NCBI GenBank assembly: GCA_951406725.2
Contig: OX597819.1
Location: forward strand, 69,192,001 to 69,256,000
From: Octopus vulgaris
Lineage: Eukaryota
Direction: 5' to 3'
DNA: 64,000 nt
The position numbers and the translations under genes were made by a program. Positions 56,760-64,000 of the stretch are shown one piece after another. Numbering within the stretch: the stretch's first letter is position 1; each line of letters opens with the position of its first letter. The notes below the pieces were generated by a model that had not been told where the DNA came from, did not search any database, and was given only the letters and a program-made list of their open reading frames with translations.

Positions 56760-57856
56760 GCCTTCCTCAATGTACATGGCTTACACTTAGACATAGAACT
56801 ACTTATGGTAAAAATAAATATGAATATAAAGACAAATGCTTGTGTGAGTTTGTTTATGTGTGTGTGTGTGTTGAATTGCTTTAATTACTCTTTCCAGCCA
56901 CATCACAAATGCTCTCAGCCATCGCCTCCGTAGTTGGTTTCATCTGTTGACTTTATTCTCTGCCATTTGTATCCTGATAAATGTACACTTTTTTCTTCCA
57001 ATGCTTCTACATTCAGTTTCTCATTCTTTCATTCTATTTCACTTTTCAGCCTTATTTTATTTTCAGAGTAATTACCTTTCCAATGGTCAATCTTGTGTTA
57101 TTTAGTTTTTTATGAATGATGGATGCCAACGCTGCTGTCCTACTCTGGGTTTCCTGCCTTGATATACATTCATGTGGAACCTTGGATAATAAGGTGCCAA
57201 TTTCATTCTTGGAAACCTCTGCATCTGCTTCATATAGAGCCGCATATGACTGTGTTTCTGTATATGCATGGATGTATGCACACACAGACAATGATATGTA
57301 TATATTTATATATGTTATAAATGTATGCATATATGTTTATGTATGTATGAATATTCCACAATATCTCCCAAAGACAGATGCAAAAATTTAAGCCTAATTA
57401 GATTATGAAGAAAAGAGAACCAACACCAATATTAATGACACCCACAAACTATGAATCGTTAAGCACTTTCCACTCCACAAGAACGAAGGACAATTCAGAA
57501 TACCAAGTCATAGACATAAGACATTCACGATCTAGCATAAAAACTGTCCATTCCCATCATCAGTTGCCAAACGAATATCGCTATCGTTTCGACACCAGGG
57601 CAGTACCATTCAATCTGGCGGTGTCAACAGCGTCAAAAAATATAGTCTTTCTGAGAACACCAGCTTATAACTTCAAGTAACAACATCGAAAGAAAGAAAT
57701 GGTTACAGTTTAGAAATTAGTACTGATAAAACAAAGAACGGACATTCAGTTAACATAAGATATATACATTTAAATAAACGTACATACGCGCGCACAAACA
57801 CACAAACACTCACGTACACACGCGCGCGCGCGGCACAGACACATACACACACACTA

Positions 57857-59077
<1,221 letters not shown>

Positions 59078-59078
59078 G

Positions 59079-59132
<54 letters not shown>

Positions 59133-59597
59133 AATGTATATATACATGTATATAGACATGTACATAGATGCATACATGTAGATTCATATATATATATTTA
59201 TATGTGTACGTATGTATGTATGTATATATATGTATGTGTATTTTTAGTAACCTTCCTGCGCTTTTTAGTAACCTTCCTTTAGCCTCCATCCAATTCCAGT
59301 TTATTTCTTAGCTTCTTAGAATGGAAAGTACAATATTGATAAGGAGAATGCGGAAAATGAAGAATTTGAACCCTCAAACTTTATGTCAATTTCCACTTAG
59401 TTTATCCATAATAATAGTGTGACATGTACTTCGGTCGCACCAACTGCATATTGTTGCGTATTAATATTCAGTGGTTTATGCATTATTAGTATCTCTCCCT
59501 CTCTGTCTCTCTCTCTCTATCTATCTATATATATATATGTATATATATATACATATATATATATATACATATATACGTATGTATGTATATATTTATG

Positions 59598-59659
<62 letters not shown>

Positions 59660-59728
59660 TACATATGTATGTATATATGTATATATATATATATATATGT
59701 TTGTTTATATATATTATGTTTATATATA

Positions 59729-59769
<41 letters not shown>

Positions 59770-60728
59770 TGCCTTATGGTGTTTCTGGTGCTCTTCGAAG
59801 AATCCTGATATTTGAAACTTGTATCTACTTTGTTTATAAATACAAGCAGATTATGGGTGAACGCGTGTGCGAATAGAAAATTATTTTCATTTACACTTTG
59901 TAATCTTAAACCATATAATATTTCAAAATCTTTAAGTAATGCAGGTGAAAAGTTAAGCAAAATGTGTATCCTGATATGAATGTACAATGACAAAGACAGT
60001 ACACTGCATCGCCGTTCAGTGGTTGTTTTATGTTTCTATTAGGTTTCGTGAAAACTTCCTGTTATTTAATATAAGATAGAAAATAATCCAAAAGTTCTTA
60101 CAAATAATTTTCTTATCGTGATATCATTCGCCTCTCCTTTCTATCTTATAGGGATACAGAGAAGCTTTCCCTAAATATCATAGAAGCATTAACACTGGAA
60201 GGACTGAGTGTGTCAATTGACTCATTTTAAAATTTTAATTGCACACAATTCAAAAACTATTGTAGATTGTGACATCATGTTACTTGACTTTTCATAATTT
60301 TATATCTATATACAGTATATACCGTACATTGTTTGCAGCAACTGTAAAAAAAAAATTAATACGCCCCATATTATCTATTATCACACGCATCGATTGACGC
60401 ACTGACGAATTTTGAAACTTGTATCTGCTTTGTTTATAAATACATGTGACAACGTTTTAGATATTCAATAATTGCATGGCCCTTATAGCTCGTAAAACAA
60501 AACTACAGCTTAGTCAGAATAATTCGCCAGAACAGCCGGTAATTTTCAGAAGCAATAAAACTGGCAAGTTCAGCCCACGAAACTGTGGTTTTTAAATCCA
60601 CAGAGAAGCCTACTATCGCACTTACGTCGTACCAGTGCAGAAAAATAAAGTCTGTTGTTGTTCTGAGTATCTTACATCAACTTGTAGAAGTTCCTTCTGA
60701 AAGTAAACCTGAGAAAAAACCTGACACA

Positions 60729-61023
60729 TGTGGCGGACTGGCCAGGTTGCCAGCTTGCCCGATGGCAAGTGGGCCTCTGCGCCATTAGTAACCATATATG
60801 GGGGCGTATGTTAGTATCTAAGGGGCCCATCCCCCTCAAGATTGAGTATTTTTTATTTGCTCCTAGGAGAATTCATTGATTATTTCAGCCTGGCTGTGTT
60901 TGCAGACAGATGAAAAGAATACTTAAAATAAATTAAATGATAGCATTGTAGTTGCGAGTGGGCCTCTTGTAGTTGCGAGTGGCCCCCTTAGTCTCCTGGC
61001 AACCAATATTTTAATCCGCCACT
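60729..61023. mobile_element. Probable MITE
   Basis: Ends gtggcgga and tccgccac, with subterminal ccaggttgccag/cctggcaacc and gggccc motifs. Confidence 0.55.
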
Positions 61024-62387
61024 ACCTGATACCATACATTTTTATAACAAAAATAATGTAGGAGTAGATGTGCTTGGCCAAATGGCATGTTTCATCCAGT
61101 CAAAGCAGGCAGTAGGCGATGACCAATGCACGTTTGTTTTTTATATTTTTGATGTTGCTGTTATAAACACCTGGGAAACATACACAAATGTTTGCAACTC
61201 AGCCATTATTCGACGGAAATACATCTAAAGTGTTACCGAAGAATTTTGCGGCGATTCATCTCACAGTCGCTCCCGTACTTTCAAACGTCCATTTACCGCT
61301 AGACATAAAGTGATAACAAAACGCCGAATCAGAACCACAAAATTGCATGGCGTCTGCAAAAAACCTCTGTGTGGCAAATGTGCGCTAAAACGTTGCAATG
61401 GATGTTTAGAATTTCAATAAATTTCTTTTTATTTTGTTGGGATATTTTTTTTTCAAACTAACAAGCTATTGCAAAGAATATCATTACAAATTCATAAGAT
61501 TCAATAGATTTATACATTTAATAATGGTGTTTTGTCTCTCCTTATCCCTTATTTTTTTCTTTTCAAATTGAAACAAATATCTTTGCATCAATTGACGCTC
61601 TCTGTTCCTTAAATGTAGGGGAAAATCCGGCTCTTCTACCGTTACACAAACTGTGCAGAGTGATAAAACATCGAATTTTGCCTTCATTTACAAGTATGAC
61701 TTTACCTATTCAACGTGACGCCTCTCTGTCTCTCGCACTCTCGCTCTCTCTACCCCACACAAACACGGGCGTGTGCACACACACGCACATAAATAAATAC
61801 ATACATACATATATATACATAGACACATACATACATACTTGCCTACATACATACATACATACATACATACATACATACATACATACATACATACATACAT
61901 ACATACATACATACATACATACATACATACATACATACATACATACATACATACATACATACATACATACAAACGTATAGAAGACTAATGAATACTTATC
62001 GATAGAAGTAGTAATCATGGTTTGAGTTCATTTTGCTCTGATAAATATTCTAACTACTTATATCTGAAACAAATTGTGCTATTCTTTAATTATGTAGATA
62101 AAAACGTGTTTATATCACTTCCATTTTGTCTTTCGTCTCTCTGATTCTGTGTCTATGTCTTTTTATACAGTTCCTTACCTTGCTAAGAAATATGACGCTT
62201 GTTGAATCTGGCTGATATACAGAAATAATTTAATATGATGACCAAATCTTGTGAACAGCTTAATCATTGATACAGATATCATTAACTTACTAATTACAGA
62301 TAAAGAGTAATATATAAATTGATTATTGATAAATATATATCTATTTATATCTATATATATATATATATATATATATATTGTGTGTGT

Positions 62388-62437
<50 letters not shown>

Positions 62438-62460
62438 ATCTACGCATACATATATTTATG

Positions 62461-62510
<50 letters not shown>

Positions 62511-63141
62511 TATATGTGTGTATGTATATATTATTCATAAAATAATCATCGACAAAAATATCATTAGTGATCATTCATAGAGAAATTAGATTTCCTGTGA
62601 TAGCTGATGTTCACTATATACTGGGATATCAGAGCATGCAAGCGGTCAAACAAATAATTGAATACACGAGGAGGGAAACAGTGACTCCTAATTTCTTTTC
62701 TGGCTGAATATGGTTAACAGTATACGTTCATTGGTGCGCACAATAATTATTTATATCATTATGTCATTATGTGAAGTGTCTAATTCTGTTGGGTAATTTT
62801 AATTTACGTTAAAGCCTAGCGGTATTTAGTTTCTTCGCTGTCAGGACATAATGCGGATTACTTTACGCTTGAATTAACGTTTCATAACTCCGGGTTCAAT
62901 GAAATAAATATCGGTCGTGTGCTGGGTTCGATGAAATCGATTATGTCTTCGTAACAAAGTTATGTCTTTGTGGCAATGTCAAAAATCATTATTACAACGA
63001 GTATCTAGGCGATACCTTAGTCGTAAGGCTTCTTTCTCTTAAATTATGTGCAATACACACTTATCTATACAGATATGTATGCCGATAATTACACACATAT
63101 ATGTGTTTGTGTGTATGTATATGTGAGTGGTTTCAAAATTT

Positions 63142-63191
<50 letters not shown>

Positions 63192-63465
63192 AGCATACTT
63201 ATATACAGGTGTGTATCTGTCTGTATCTGTGTGTCTGGATGTACAATTCTCCATCTGTATTTTAATGTTTCCAACATACAACCTGTAAACTGTTTATAAT
63301 CCAACGAAGTGAATACAGGATTTACTTATTGACTGAAATAGTGTTTGACTGTTTACCTTAAATAATCCCCGGGTATTCCGTATTATTTGATGCAAGTAGC
63401 CCGAACCTCATGCAAATGTGCCTGAACGATACCTGTTGGGCTCAATTATATCTATCCTTTCATTT

Positions 63466-63516
<51 letters not shown>

Positions 63517-63561
63517 CCAAAATTATGAAACCAACCACACATACAAACACACCATGTATTG

Positions 63562-63617
<56 letters not shown>

Positions 63618-63621
<4 letters not shown>

Positions 63622-63968
63622 CCTTGGGCAAGTGTCTTCTACTATAGCATCGGGCTGCCTAAAGCCTTATGAGTGGATTTGGTAGACGGAAACTGAAAGA
63701 AGCCGGTCGTATATATACGTGTGTGTATGTATGCATGAGTGTATATGCTTGTGTGTCTGTATTTGTCCCCCATTACCACCACCACCACCATCGATTGACA
63801 ACCGATGTTGGTATGTTTCCGTCTCCTTTACTTAGCGGTTCTGCAAAATAGATCGATAGAATAAGTACTAGGTTTACAAAGAATAAGTCCTGCAGTTGAT
63901 TTGATCGACTAAATGCGGTGCTCCAGCATAACCGCAGTCAAATGACTGAAAAGTAAAATAATAAAAGC
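63618..63968 (+). mobile_element. SINE family 2 copy lacking the head
   Basis: ggcaccttgggcaagtgtcttc...gcagtcaaatgactgaaa. Confidence 0.85.

Positions 63969-64000
<32 letters not shown>

Noticed and set aside
56890-57262. Minus-strand exon-like segment ending in AAG|GTAATT
   Set aside because: Could equally be decayed Dong LINE sequence (SRCR.., ASIIH..L). No protein match that I can support.
57405-57680. 91-aa ORF with an AVPFNLA motif reminiscent of a PLE RT thumb
   Set aside because: Similarity is too short to call.

Overview
AT-rich eukaryotic intergenic or intronic DNA, full of microsatellites ((TA)n, (CA)n, (TACA)n, (ATC)n, (AAT)n). The SINE families look like those of octopod cephalopods; this is recognition from memory, not a database result. 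I found no credible host protein-coding gene, and nearly all ORFs in the track are microsatellite artefacts. The window is a transposon graveyard: two abundant tRNA-derived SINE families, R4/Dong and RTE LINE remnants, mariner, maT and Tc1-type transposase relics, MITEs, non-autonomous Helitrons, and Penelope-like (GIY-YIG) retroelement remnants. The main signal not explained by the ORF track is a high density of hammerhead-ribozyme (HHR) motifs: about 17 copies in about 10 sequence-distinct families. Most have palindromic stem III, some show U3-A8 covariation, and they sit in short inverted or partial-tandem elements, usually next to (TA)n or (AAT)n tracts. One family is a foldback element with a central tRNA-like Pol III head and two outward-facing hammerheads, flanked by a 12-bp target-site duplication.
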